From NCBI GenBank assembly GCA_963675495.1, contig OY776215.1, forward strand, positions 1,408,001 through 1,472,000: 64,000 nt of DNA, read 5' to 3'. The stretch comes from an uncultured Methanolobus sp. Lineage in GTDB: Archaea; Halobacteriota; Methanosarcinia; Methanosarcinales; Methanosarcinaceae. Positions 20,716 to 31,367 of this stretch are shown one piece after another (the stretch's first letter is position 1; every line of letters starts with the position of its first letter). Position numbers and translations under genes: made by a program. The notes beneath the pieces were generated by a model. It saw only the letters and a program-made list of their open reading frames with translations. It searched no databases and was not told where the DNA came from.

Positions 20716-20985
20716 TTGTTCTCAGAAATTCCAATTGATATTGAAAAAGTAAGTAAAGAAGACCTTGACAAGGAGATCATGAGAGTTGCCATCATCGCGG
20801 AGTTCGATGCAATAAACATGTATGAACAAATGGCAAACCTTACCGAAGACAAGGACCTCAAGATAATCCTGCTTGACATAGCCAGAGAAGAAAAAGTACA
20901 TGCAGCCATGTTCCAGACAGTCCTCATGGAAGTGGACAGTGAATTTTTGCAGGTCATGGTAGACTATTCACTGACAAAGAAATGA
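20716..20985 (+). CDS. second encapsulated-ferritin-like protein (paralog)
   Basis: EIMRVAIIAEFDAINMYEQMA...LLDIAREEKVHAAMF; TTG start after GGAGA. Confidence 0.85.
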   Translation: MFSEIPIDIEKVSKEDLDKEIMRVAIIAEFDAINMYEQMANLTEDKDLKIILLDIAREEKVHAAMFQTVLMEVDSEFLQVMVDYSLTKK

Positions 20986-21039
20986 GTTATTGATGTTTGT
21001 CGGGATAACCGGCATTACATACTTTTTTTTCATTGAGAT

Positions 21040-21194
21040 ACTGGAGAGAGTGGTGTCCGTTTCCTGTTGATGACCGGCAAGCCCATTGGAGAGTCTGTCG
21101 CATGTTGTGGGAAGTAGTCATGAATGCACAGGAGGAATTACAGCAGGCTTTTGATGATTACAGGAACGGGACTTTCATCAAGAATCTAAAATGA
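21040..21194 (+). pseudogene. pirin C-terminal remnant with frameshift
   Basis: TGESGVRFLLMTGKPIGESVA.. then, in a shifted frame, VVMNAQEELQQAFDDYRNGTFIK; no 5' part. Confidence 0.7.
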
Positions 21195-21448
21195 TGAAAG
21201 TAGCGAATATGTAAAAGAGCAGATATTTCAAAGACCATTGTTATTAATTAATTTACAAATTCCGAAGGTGCAAAAGTTATGACACCCTCAATACTTGATC
21301 TGAAAATTTATTCTGGTGAACAGTTATACATTTTTTGCAAACTGAGAGTCTCATTACAACGTACACTTATAACTTGAATTTTGGAACTGTGGTCAAATAT
21401 TTAATATTTTGAGTAATAATTATCATATAGTTGGAAGTGACTTTCGAT

Positions 21449-23263
21449 ATGAATGTAAAGGTGAATAAATTAACATTTATTTTTTTAATCATTGCATTGA
21501 TAATAGGTCTATGTTCTGGTTGTCTCAGTACCAATGAAGATTCGCAAATAGATTCTCTTATCCAGACTCTGAGAGATGAAAATGAGAGTGTTCGAATGAA
21601 CGCAACGGAATCACTTGGTGAAATGGGAGAGCCGGCAGTCCAACCCCTTATTCGAGTAGTGAGGAATGAAAATGAGGATACGGATCTTCGAAGGTATGCA
21701 TTATATGCCCTCGGTTTGACGGAAGATGAAAAAGCAGTATATTTTCTGATTAAGATATTAGCGGATGAAAATGAGAAAACGGAACTCCGGATATCAGCAG
21801 GATCCGCCCTTATTAAAGCCGGCGATGTGGCGGTGGATCCACTTGTTCAAGTAATACTGAACAAAAATAGATATCCATCCGCCAAAGGCGGTGCGATAGA
21901 TATTCTTGGCACGATCGGAGATGAAAGAGCAGTAGAACCCCTTATTCAATTGTTGAAGGATAAAAATGAAAACGAGGATATTCGAAGGATTGCAGCGACT
22001 GCCCTTGGAGAAATTGGAGATGAGAGGGCAACAGAACCACTTGTTCAGGTAATGACTGATAAAAGTGATAATGAGCATGTGCGGGAAAGTGCAGCAAGAG
22101 CTCTTGGCGGAATTAAAGTAACGGCGGTAGAACCACTTATTCAAGTGATGACTGATGAAACTGAAAACAAGTACATTCGAAGATTTGCAGCGTATTCTCT
22201 TGCCGATACTGGAGATGAAAGGGCACTTGAGTCGCTTATACAGATGTTAGATGATGAGGAGATTAAAATTGACGCTGTGGACTCCCTTGCTAAAATGGGA
22301 AATGAAAGAGCAGTGGAGCCCCTTATTGAATCGTTGGATGATGAAAACCCTTTCATTAGAAGGCATGCTTCCCTGGCTCTTGGTGAGATAGGGGATGAGA
22401 AGGCAGTTCAACCCCTTATCCAAATGCTCAGTGACGATATATGGGAAGTTAGAAGGGATGCATCACAGGCTCTTGCCAACATGGGTGAACCGGCAGTTCA
22501 ACCTCTCATAAAGGCACTAGGGGATGAGAATGAGTTGACCAGAAAGGCCGCAGCGGACTCACTTAGTGAAATTGGAGACGAAAGAGCAGTAGAACCCCTC
22601 ATACAGTTGTTGAATGACGAGAATGACAACGTTATAAAAGCTGCAGCACAGGCACTTGGCAACATTAAGGACCCAAGAGCGATAGAACCTCTTATCCAGG
22701 CGTTGAAAGACAAGAATCCGGAATTTAGAAGAATCGTATCTGAATCACTTGCAAAAATGGGAGAAACTGCATTAGAACCACTCATGCTGGCACTGGAAAA
22801 CGAGGATAAGAATATAAAAAGAGGTGCAGTACTTGCCCTTGGAAGCACAGGAAATGAAAAAGCAGTAGAACCACTTATATTACTATTAAACGACGAAAGT
22901 GAAAATCTTCGAAAGAATGCGGCAGAGAGTCTTGGCAATATTGGCGATCAAAGAGCAGTGGAACCACTTATACAATTACAGAGTGATGACGATAAAAGTG
23001 TACAGATCAGAGCTATTTACGCCCTTGGCAATATTGGAGGGAAAAGGTCCGTCAATTGTCTAATTCAGATATTGGACAATAAAACAAAGGATATCGAAAT
23101 TAGAATATCAGCAGCGGAAGCTTTGGGATTTGCAGGAGATGAGAGAGCAATAGAATCACTAGATCAAGCTCGATCTGAAGAAGATATGCATCTTAGACGC
23201 TTCGCAAATAAAGCATTGATTTCTATTGAAATGAAGAATATGCCATCAATTAACAAAGCATAA
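21449..23263 (+). CDS. PBS-lyase HEAT-repeat protein with lipoprotein-type signal
   Basis: Many ~31-aa repeats (ALGEIGDERAVEPLIQLL.D); N-terminal K, hydrophobic stretch, CSGC lipobox. Confidence 0.88.
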   Translation: MNVKVNKLTFIFLIIALIIGLCSGCLSTNEDSQIDSLIQTLRDENESVRMNATESLGEMGEPAVQPLIRVVRNENEDTDLRRYALYALGLTEDEKAVYFLIKILADENEKTELRISAGSALIKAGDVAVDPLVQVILNKNRYPSAKGGAIDILGTIGDERAVEPLIQLLKDKNENEDIRRIAATALGEIGDERATEPLVQVMTDKSDNEHVRESAARALGGIKVTAVEPLIQVMTDETENKYIRRFAAYSLADTGDERALESLIQMLDDEEIKIDAVDSLAKMGNERAVEPLIESLDDENPFIRRHASLALGEIGDEKAVQPLIQMLSDDIWEVRRDASQALANMGEPAVQPLIKALGDENELTRKAAADSLSEIGDERAVEPLIQLLNDENDNVIKAAAQALGNIKDPRAIEPLIQALKDKNPEFRRIVSESLAKMGETALEPLMLALENEDKNIKRGAVLALGSTGNEKAVEPLILLLNDESENLRKNAAESLGNIGDQRAVEPLIQLQSDDDKSVQIRAIYALGNIGGKRSVNCLIQILDNKTKDIEIRISAAEALGFAGDERAIESLDQARSEEDMHLRRFANKALISIEMKNMPSINKA

Positions 23264-23268
23264 TGGAG

Positions 23269-24012
23269 CTAAAAATTGAAGAACAAAAACAAAATCCCCA
23301 CAATCACCGGCTGATGCACCAGATAGATCAACAGCGACTTTTTCCCCAGATACCCCAGCAAGCTCACAACAGCATTTCCTTCGCATTCACACATTCTGAA
23401 GCTCCTCTGATAATCAGGATACAGGCTGTTCCCTGTAAAAACTCCCAGCAACACAACACCAAACCATGGAATCAGTGGGAAGTAGTCAAGAGTATAGAAA
23501 CCGTAGGGTTTGATGCCAAGCCAGAGCAGCCAGGGGAAATCTGCATAGGCAGTTTCCATGAAGATTCCTGCAAACAGGATTATAATACCTGCAATTAGAC
23601 TGAAATTTTTGTATTTTAGAAAAGGATATGCAAGGATAATAGAAACACCGATTAGGTGCAGTATTCCAAAATATATTGTTCCACGTGCAAGGAAAACAGC
23701 TGTGACAACTGTAATTACAAGACCCCATGCAAAGACACCTGCACCTCTTTTGAGAAAATGAGAGAACTGGTTCTGTGTGCCGTGTAAGGATAATGCGCGG
23801 GAATAACTTAGGGTTAGGGAAACGCCCACAAGGAAAATGAATAGGATTGCGGCACTGCGCCCGATTATCAGGAGAAGACCGGAATGCATATCCAATTCGT
23901 AGATCCCGAGAAAATCCAGGTCAAAAAAGAAATGATAGATAACCATCAGAAAGATGGCTATTCCGCGGAAAGCATCAACTTCAAAGAATCGTTTTTTCTG
24001 AATCTTATCCAT
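23269..24012 (-). CDS. DUF1624 / heparan-alpha-glucosaminide N-acetyltransferase-like membrane protein
   Basis: RFFEVDAFRGIAI..M..YH, FGILH, DYFPLIPW, SLLIYLVHQP. Confidence 0.85.
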   Translation of the reverse strand: MDKIQKKRFFEVDAFRGIAIFLMVIYHFFFDLDFLGIYELDMHSGLLLIIGRSAAILFIFLVGVSLTLSYSRALSLHGTQNQFSHFLKRGAGVFAWGLVITVVTAVFLARGTIYFGILHLIGVSIILAYPFLKYKNFSLIAGIIILFAGIFMETAYADFPWLLWLGIKPYGFYTLDYFPLIPWFGVVLLGVFTGNSLYPDYQRSFRMCECEGNAVVSLLGYLGKKSLLIYLVHQPVIVGILFLFFNF

Positions 24013-24035
24013 TGTCTGTCCCTGAAATAAAAAGA

Positions 24036-24497
24036 TCACTTTTTCTTCTTTTTCTTATCTTTATTATCCTTGAAAACAGAGCCGAGGTGTAATGCATATG
24101 CTCCGTCCTCTTTAATAGCCATGACAATTTCCTTGCGGTCAAGCAGGGAATCGAGGTTCAGCTCATACGAACCCGGACCAAGGATACGCACAGATTCAAC
24201 ACGCTCGCCTTCCTCTTCAGTGACACTGGTATCCTTCTTTTCGATACCCAGAATGTCATCGATCTCCCGGACAATAGGCTCAGATTCTTTGTCATCTGTT
24301 TTTTCAGAGGAGGTTTCATCAATAACATTGTGCACTTCCTCGTTTTCAGATTCTTCGGCACTTTTAGTAGCTGACTTCTCAAGCTCAGCCTCACTCACGT
24401 AAAGGAACTTGTTCCATCCACAATTGGGGCATCCGCTCAATATTACTGAAGCACCGTCGATAAAGATAGATTCACATCTTGTGCACTTATGAGGCAT
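24036..24497 (-). CDS. Zn-ribbon protein (DUF2072/OapC-like)
   Basis: MPHKCTRC..F.DG...ILSGCPNCGWNKFLY; ESVRILGPGSYELNL. Confidence 0.8.
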   Translation of the reverse strand: MPHKCTRCESIFIDGASVILSGCPNCGWNKFLYVSEAELEKSATKSAEESENEEVHNVIDETSSEKTDDKESEPIVREIDDILGIEKKDTSVTEEEGERVESVRILGPGSYELNLDSLLDRKEIVMAIKEDGAYALHLGSVFKDNKDKKKKKK

Positions 24498-24571
24498 TGG
24501 TCCACCGACTTAAATAAGTATCATGATATATTAAAACACTTGCGACAAGCATGTAATAGACAGCAGGCTCA

Positions 24572-25435
24572 TCACTCTTTAAGGTATTTGCCGATCAGAG
24601 GATCGAGTCGTCTTTTGGTGTCATGAGGGATCATGGAAGGAACAGTAGTAATGGCACCTGCCAATGCATCCTTACACATACAATGCTGCTCAAGGCTTAG
24701 TTTATCCAGAGATTCAACAATTATATCCTTTACGGCAGCCTCGTTCTTCATGGCATTCTCAATGATAGCTTCGATGGTCACATCTTCCTCATGCCAGACA
24801 TCATAATCTGTTACTGTGGCTATCATAGAATAGCATATCTCAGCCTCACGGGCAAGTTTTGCCTCAGGAATAGCCGTCATACCGATTATATCAAAACCAA
24901 GTGATTGATACACACGGGATTCCGCACGGGTTGAGAACTGTGGACCTTCCATACAAACGTATGTACCGCCTTCCTTAACTGCATAGCCTTTGGACGTGGC
25001 AACATCTACTATGGCCTTTGAAGCTTCAGGACAGAACGGATCGGCAAATCCCATGTGTACAACAATTCCATCTTCAAAGAAAGTGGATGGTCTGGATCTT
25101 GTACGGTCATAAATCTGGTTTGGGATCACTATGTCCAGAGGCTTGAATTCTTCCCGCAGGCTTCCAACTGCAGATGCTGCGATTATGCGTTTCACACCGA
25201 GTTTTTTAAGTGCGAATATGTTGGCCCGGGAATTCAGTTCAGAAGGGGATATCCTGTGCCCCACGCCATGTCTTGGGAGGAAACAAACAGCCTTGCCACC
25301 ATGCTCACCGATGGTGATCGAATCAGAAGGTTTCCCAAAAGGAGTATCAATATCTACTTCACGCACATTGTCCAGCAGATTTGCGTCGTATATGCCGCTT
25401 CCACCTATTATTGCAATATCAGCTTTTTCTTGCAT
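24572..25435 (-). CDS. mtnP: S-methyl-5'-thioadenosine/thioinosine phosphorylase
   Basis: IIGGSG, TPFGKPS, LPRHG, EGPQFSTRAES, IGMT..PE, TDYD; alternative start 25447. Confidence 0.92.
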   Translation of the reverse strand: MQEKADIAIIGGSGIYDANLLDNVREVDIDTPFGKPSDSITIGEHGGKAVCFLPRHGVGHRISPSELNSRANIFALKKLGVKRIIAASAVGSLREEFKPLDIVIPNQIYDRTRSRPSTFFEDGIVVHMGFADPFCPEASKAIVDVATSKGYAVKEGGTYVCMEGPQFSTRAESRVYQSLGFDIIGMTAIPEAKLAREAEICYSMIATVTDYDVWHEEDVTIEAIIENAMKNEAAVKDIIVESLDKLSLEQHCMCKDALAGAITTVPSMIPHDTKRRLDPLIGKYLKE

Positions 25436-25452
25436 TTTATCCCTCATGTTTT

Positions 25453-26151
25453 TCAGACAAGTTTCCAGTATTGTTTTCCATCCTCACTCACGGAACTTAC
25501 AATTCCCCGGCGGTGCATCTCGTCCATGATCTCAGGAAGCCTGCCAGGCTGAGCTATCTCGAATGCGAATGAACCCAGTGAATGATACATATACAGACCG
25601 TGCCTGATAGCAGAAACATCCCACATACTGCGGTCCTCTTTTTTCATGAGTGTTGTAATGAGGTCGATCATGTCTTCAATGAAATTCCACGGGAAAACAA
25701 CCCATGCCCATTCCTCAAGACGTTCACCACAATAGTCAGGGTCATGTGCGGAGGAATCAAGATATTGGAGAGTTGCAGTCCTTATTTCTTTTGGGTTCTG
25801 CTGCATAACATATTCGACCGAGCTTATCATGCTTTTACCCGTGTCGGCAATATCGTCGACAATGAGTATGTTCTTTCCTGCAACAGCATTGTCAGCAAGC
25901 GGGTATTTGATCATTGGTTCGTCACCGGCAAGTGCAGTACCGAGGTAGTGCTCTATCTTAAGACTTGTAAGGTCATCAAGACCCAGGAAATCACATAATA
26001 CACGACCTGCAAACCATCCACCCCTTGCAAGGGCAATTATCATATCGGGTTCATAGCCTGATGCTTTCACATCATTTGCAACTTCCCTGCAAAGGTCGTA
26101 AATGTAATCCCAGTTTGTAACAACACATTTGAATTTATCCGGTAACGCCAT
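25453..26151 (-). CDS. type I phosphoribosyltransferase
   Basis: ALARGG and LIVDDIADTGKS PRPP motif; WVVFPW. Confidence 0.9.
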   Translation of the reverse strand: MALPDKFKCVVTNWDYIYDLCREVANDVKASGYEPDMIIALARGGWFAGRVLCDFLGLDDLTSLKIEHYLGTALAGDEPMIKYPLADNAVAGKNILIVDDIADTGKSMISSVEYVMQQNPKEIRTATLQYLDSSAHDPDYCGERLEEWAWVVFPWNFIEDMIDLITTLMKKEDRSMWDVSAIRHGLYMYHSLGSFAFEIAQPGRLPEIMDEMHRRGIVSSVSEDGKQYWKLV

Positions 26152-26292
26152 TTATATTCTCTCCGAGACACTATATTTAAAAAGATAAGATATATATTTT
26201 TTCAATATTGAAAATGTTGCTATACGAAACATGTATATACGATGTAGATGTTGAAAGAGGAGTACCCTTCCAAAATAAACATCAATCTCCAA

Positions 26293-26367
26293 AGCGGGGT
26301 GGGGTAGCCAGGAGATCCCGACGGGCTCATAACCCGTAGACCGATAGTTCGAATCTATCCCCCGCTA
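26293..26367 (+). tRNA. initiator tRNA-Met(CAT), copy 1
   Basis: A1-U72 acceptor AGCGGGG/CCCCGCT; three G-C pairs in the anticodon stem (ACGGG-CTCATAA-CCCGT). Confidence 0.95.
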
Positions 26368-26490
26368 CTTTACTAATATTACAATTTTGATTTAATATCA
26401 ATTAGTGTGTTAGAGACGTATTTTGGAAATATACATATATACCATGCAGACATAGGAAGATTACCCTTCCAGATTAAAAACAACCCTCGA

Positions 26491-26565
26491 AGCGGGGTGG
26501 GGTAGCCAGGAGATCCCGACGGGCTCATAACCCGTAGACCGATAGTTCGAATCTATCCCCCGCTA
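26491..26565 (+). tRNA. initiator tRNA-Met(CAT), copy 2
   Basis: Identical 75-nt sequence to copy 1. Confidence 0.95.
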
Positions 26566-26685
26566 CTTTTCTAACTTGTGTTTATGTTCCTGAGTTCAAA
26601 ATATCGACATTGTTGCTGCTACTCAAATAGCAACCTTATTAATGATTCATGAACTACGTTTTTCAATTAATCGAAGAGGATATGA

Positions 26686-27519
26686 ATGGAACTGTATATT
26701 ATTATGTTCGGGCTTGCTGCAGCACTTTGCTGGGGAACCGCAGATTTTAGCGGCGGTTTTGCCACAAAACGCAGTGGTGTACTAACAGTTGCCATCATTT
26801 CCCAGACAACCGGAATAATAATTCTTATTGCAACAGCACTTGCTTTTTCCGAAAGCATACCCTCTGCAACGGATATGCTATGGGGCGCATCCGCAGGACT
26901 TGCAGGAGGAATGGGTGTTCTTGCACTGTACCAGGCATTATCCGTTGAGAAAATGGGAATTGTAGCGCCTGTAACGGCTGTCATGAGTGCCCTTATTCCC
27001 GTATCATTCGGAATGGTTACAGAGGGACTGCCTGCCACAAGACAGCTTATAGGTTTTCTTTGTGCACTCATCGGCGTATGGCTTATATCCAGAGATCATG
27101 AGAGTTCGAAAATAGAACTGCAAAAACTCAAACTGCCGTTCCTGGCAGGCGCTGGATTCGGCCTGTTCATGATTCTTATTGACCAGGTTCAGGCGGAGGG
27201 AATATTCTGGCCTCTTGTGGGAGCTAGGATGGCAACTATTCCAACATTCATAATTGTTGCTTATTTCATGAAGCAGACAAAAGTACCCGGCATCAAGTAC
27301 CTTCCAATTATCCTGCTTGCAGGCATCCTTGATACAGGAGGAAATGTATTCTACGTACTTGCAGCAAAGACAGGAAGAATCGACATTGCTGCAATCCTTA
27401 CTTCAATGTACCCTGCAGTAACTGTGCTTCTTGCATGGATACTTCTGAAAGAGAAACTTGTATACAGACAATGTGCAGGGATTTTCTTTACAATGATAGC
27501 TGTTGTGCTGATAGCATAA
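26686..27519 (+). CDS. EamA/DMT family transporter
   Basis: About ten hydrophobic segments; CWGTADFSGG, MGIVAPV, SMYPAVTVLLAWILLKEK. Confidence 0.88.
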   Translation: MELYIIMFGLAAALCWGTADFSGGFATKRSGVLTVAIISQTTGIIILIATALAFSESIPSATDMLWGASAGLAGGMGVLALYQALSVEKMGIVAPVTAVMSALIPVSFGMVTEGLPATRQLIGFLCALIGVWLISRDHESSKIELQKLKLPFLAGAGFGLFMILIDQVQAEGIFWPLVGARMATIPTFIIVAYFMKQTKVPGIKYLPIILLAGILDTGGNVFYVLAAKTGRIDIAAILTSMYPAVTVLLAWILLKEKLVYRQCAGIFFTMIAVVLIA

Positions 27520-27652
27520 TGGAAAGGACGAACGCATTGTTTAGAAAGGCCATAATCTGGAAAACATAGTGAAAATAATATTCCCACTAGGATTAAATAT
27601 GAACTGCCCGTTTAATAGAAGAAAAGAGAGAACTAAAAAGGATGATCCTTAA

Positions 27653-28972
27653 ATGGTAATGGATAAACTCGGGAATTCCCTGCAGGATGCCCTTAAAAAA
27701 CTTGTAAAATCAGGACGTATCGACGAACGAACCGTAAATGAGGTCGTCAAGGATATCCAGAGAGCACTGCTTCAGTCTGATGTTAATGTCAAGCTGGTCA
27801 TGCAAATGTCAAAGCATATCAAAGAGCGTGCCCTGAAAGAAGAAGTCCCCTCTGGCATGAGTCCAAGGGAACATGTAATAAGGATAGTCTACCAGGAACT
27901 TATCAGTATAATAGGGAAGAGCACTGACATTCCCCTCAAACCCCAGACCATAATGATGATTGGTTTGCAGGGTAGCGGAAAAACTACAACAACTTCAAAA
28001 CTCGCACGCTATTTCCAGAGAAAAGGACTAAAACCGGCAGTTGTTTGTGCCGACACATTCAGGCCAGGCGCGTACCAGCAACTCGAGACACTCTGTACCA
28101 AGCTCAACGTGGCGTTCTATGGTGAAGAAGGCAATCCGGATGCAGTTGGCATTGTGAAGAGAGGGCTCGAAGAGCTTCATAAAAATGACGTGCTTATAGT
28201 TGACACAGCAGGCCGCCACTCACTTGAAAGTGACCTCATCACTGAGATGGAAGAAATACACGCTACGGCCAAACCGGATTATAAACTGCTGGTACTTGAC
28301 GGTGCTATCGGCCAACAGGCAAGCGAGCAGGCACGTGCATTCAATGATTCGATCGGGATATCAGGCGTGGTGATCTCCAAACTTGACGGTACCGCAAAAG
28401 GTGGTGGTGCGCTTTCAGCAGTATCCGAAACAAATTCATCTATCGCTTTTATTGGTGTAGGAGAAACACCGGATGACCTTGAAAGGTTTGAGCCTGACAG
28501 GTTCATTTCAAGACTTCTTGGAATGGGTGACATAAAAAGTCTTATCGAAAAGGCAGAGGAAGCCCTTGGAGAAGAAGACTTTGACATGGAAGCAATGCTT
28601 CGTGGCAGGTTCACACTCAAGGACATGTACAAACAGCTTGAGAGCCTGAACAAGATGGGACCCATGAAACAGGTCATGCAGATGTTGCCTCTTGGAGGAC
28701 TTGGTGCCAAGATACCTGAAGATGCATATCAGGTAACGGGAGATAAACTCGGACGTTACAGAGTTCTTATGGATTCGATGACGGAAGAAGAAATGCTTAA
28801 CCCCAGGGTTATCGGAAGTGCCCGCATCAAGAGAATTGCAAGAGGCTCAGGGAGTGCTCCAGAGGATGTAAGGGAACTTCTGAAATATCACAAGATGATG
28901 CAAACCGCCATGAAAGGATTCCGTGGTGGAAAATTCAATATGCAAAAAATGATGAAGAAAATGGGAATGTGA
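27653..28972 (+). CDS. srp54: signal recognition particle protein Srp54
   Basis: [35 protein letters not shown], Met-rich M domain. Confidence 0.97.
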   Translation: MVMDKLGNSLQDALKKLVKSGRIDERTVNEVVKDIQRALLQSDVNVKLVMQMSKHIKERALKEEVPSGMSPREHVIRIVYQELISIIGKSTDIPLKPQTIMMIGLQGSGKTTTTSKLARYFQRKGLKPAVVCADTFRPGAYQQLETLCTKLNVAFYGEEGNPDAVGIVKRGLEELHKNDVLIVDTAGRHSLESDLITEMEEIHATAKPDYKLLVLDGAIGQQASEQARAFNDSIGISGVVISKLDGTAKGGGALSAVSETNSSIAFIGVGETPDDLERFEPDRFISRLLGMGDIKSLIEKAEEALGEEDFDMEAMLRGRFTLKDMYKQLESLNKMGPMKQVMQMLPLGGLGAKIPEDAYQVTGDKLGRYRVLMDSMTEEEMLNPRVIGSARIKRIARGSGSAPEDVRELLKYHKMMQTAMKGFRGGKFNMQKMMKKMGM

Positions 28973-29006
28973 GAACTAATACTTCTCACATAGAAGAATG
29001 CGAGAC

Positions 29007-29576
29007 TTAATAAGTCTCACATACCTCAAAGAAATTCATCAAAAGCTGTTCTCCTTTTTCCGTGTGTGCCACTTCAGGGTGCCACTGCACACCAAACAGA
29101 GGCCTTTCTACATGCCTCATTGCTTCACACTCACATATATTCGACCTTGCAAGTTGTTTGAAATCCTCAGGCATCCTGAGAACCTCATCAGCATGTGATG
29201 CCCAAACTGAGGTCTTTGGACCCAGGCCTGTAAGGAGCTCATCCTCATCAATGACCTCAATCTCAATATCTGCATAGCCACCTGTTGGGCCCGAACCTAC
29301 CTCACCACCAAATGTTTTTGCGATGACCTGGTGACCAAGACAGATGCCAAGTATTGGAAGGTCAATACTTTCAACATATTCAGAGCACATGCCAGCTCTG
29401 TCCAGTGAAGGACCACCACTTAATATAAGTCCATCCGGCTCTTCATCAAGAATATCCTCAATCGAGGTTGTGTTGGCAACTATCTTTGTATCCATGTCCA
29501 GGTCCCTTACTGCACGATGGATAAGATGGCAGAACTGCCCGTAGTTATTGATTACAAGGATCTTTAATTCTCTCAT
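29007..29576 (-). CDS. guaAA: GMP synthase subunit A (glutamine amidotransferase)
   Basis: [35 protein letters not shown]. Confidence 0.95.
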   Translation of the reverse strand: MRELKILVINNYGQFCHLIHRAVRDLDMDTKIVANTTSIEDILDEEPDGLILSGGPSLDRAGMCSEYVESIDLPILGICLGHQVIAKTFGGEVGSGPTGGYADIEIEVIDEDELLTGLGPKTSVWASHADEVLRMPEDFKQLARSNICECEAMRHVERPLFGVQWHPEVAHTEKGEQLLMNFFEVCETY

Positions 29577-29844
29577 AGATTGTTTCCTGGATTTATTTGT
29601 ATTAATAGATGTGCGTCAATATTGCCATAATAGTAATTAACCATATAAGAGGGTTTCACAGACATAATGCCGTTATAATATTTTGTGTTCAAAAGATACT
29701 ACATAAAAACATTACCATACATACTAATGAATAATGTTAAGTAAAAGTACAAAGTAAACTAAGCAAGGGAGAGGTAATTTCATGTAAACGTGGAGCATGA
29801 ATGTTATCTTTACTACCATAGCAATACTTAAATGAGGCACCACA

Positions 29845-31212
29845 TTGGAAAGTAAACCCACAGGAATACCAGGATTTGATGAGATACTTGGCGGAGGCAT
29901 AATTGGTCCTTCGACAATATTGATAGCAGGTAACCCGGGTAGTGGACGGACTGTACTTGGAATCCAGAGTTTGTGTGAAGCGGCAAGGAACGGAGAAAAT
30001 GTACTGTATATATGCATGACTTCTAAATCAGAGAGTTCCGTAAGAGAAGCCATTTCCAACTATGATTTTTACGTAGAGTCATTGACCATACATACATTCA
30101 ACGCCAGTTCCGTTGAAAGGGACCCACTTACCATGCTGGTTGAGCTTGGTAACATCGTAGCATCCCTTAAACCAGACAGGATATTGATAGACCCTGTAAC
30201 CCCCATAGGATTTGGCTTTCCTGAAGCTGAACGAAGAAGATTCATGTATTCCCTAATGTCCGCAATTGGAGAATGGGATGCCATTGTGTATCTGACTGGA
30301 ACAATGTCACAGTCTGATGTGTGCAGATCAGTAATTAGTGATGTGGTTGAAGGAATAGTATTCCTTTCACAGGATATCGAAAGAAGAGGAAGTAACCGTA
30401 AGATAAAGATCATAAAAATGAACCTTCCCAATTACATAGAAGGGGAACACACTTTTGATATTTCAAACGACGGAATCAGCATATACCCCAGAATAAGCAC
30501 CCAGGCCACCGAGCAACTATCACCGGAAACGAGGGTTGATACAGGCATTCCCGGATTCAATGAATTGATCAGTGGGGGGTTCTTTGAACTATCATCTACG
30601 TTGATAGCAGGAAATACAGGCACAGGGAAAACATTATTCGGACTTTGTTTTATAGTTCAGGGTGCCAAGAATGGAGAACCCGGAATAATAAGTACCTTTG
30701 AAGATACACCTGCAGAATTACGCCGCTATGCTTCAAGTCTTGGACTTGAACTTGAAGAATTAGAACAGAAAGAACTGGTCAAAATTATTTATACGCCTCC
30801 CCCAGAGATCAATGCCTGTAAGCATACAATAAAACTCAAGAGTACTATTGAAAAGATGGGAGCAAAAAGAATACTTCTGGATGACATCTCCGGATTTGAT
30901 TATGTCTTTAGTGACCCGGTTACCAAAAGGGAACATATCGCCAACATGATAAGGATGTTTAAGGATATGGAGCTCACATCCATGCTCATCAGTGGTAACA
31001 GGGCAGCTGGAAACAATGTACTTACAAGTGAAATACCAGTCTCCTCACTTGTGGATGTGCTGATACTTCTAAAACACGTAGAGATTGAGAAGGAGATCAG
31101 GAAAACAATGTCAATTATGAAGATGCATGGCAGTGACCATGAAAAACATCTCATTGGATATACCATCAATTCTGACGGAATACAGATCGGCAAGTTCCTT
31201 AAAGATTTGTAA
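29845..31212 (+). CDS. KaiC/RAD55-like double RecA-domain ATPase
   Basis: Two TGIPGF..GG starts with P-loops GNPGSGRT and GNTGTGKT. Confidence 0.88.
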   Translation: MESKPTGIPGFDEILGGGIIGPSTILIAGNPGSGRTVLGIQSLCEAARNGENVLYICMTSKSESSVREAISNYDFYVESLTIHTFNASSVERDPLTMLVELGNIVASLKPDRILIDPVTPIGFGFPEAERRRFMYSLMSAIGEWDAIVYLTGTMSQSDVCRSVISDVVEGIVFLSQDIERRGSNRKIKIIKMNLPNYIEGEHTFDISNDGISIYPRISTQATEQLSPETRVDTGIPGFNELISGGFFELSSTLIAGNTGTGKTLFGLCFIVQGAKNGEPGIISTFEDTPAELRRYASSLGLELEELEQKELVKIIYTPPPEINACKHTIKLKSTIEKMGAKRILLDDISGFDYVFSDPVTKREHIANMIRMFKDMELTSMLISGNRAAGNNVLTSEIPVSSLVDVLILLKHVEIEKEIRKTMSIMKMHGSDHEKHLIGYTINSDGIQIGKFLKDL

Positions 31213-31367
31213 CCTTTTTAAACTATTTTATTACTCAGCCCTACAAAAACATTTAAATAACACATCGTGCTACTATGTCACATAGTAACAGGGATATTAT
31301 AAATATACCAACGTACAACTAGCTACATTGAAGTACATCATTATACAATAACAGAGGGTGAAAGCAA

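Noticed and set aside
26293-26565. tRNA-Met duplication as an att pair
   Set aside because: Both copies are full length with their own promoters and only 123 bp lies between them
9130-29576. Split GMP synthase subunits at separate loci, and two HPS-domain fusions
   Set aside because: Normal for Methanosarcinales; not novel
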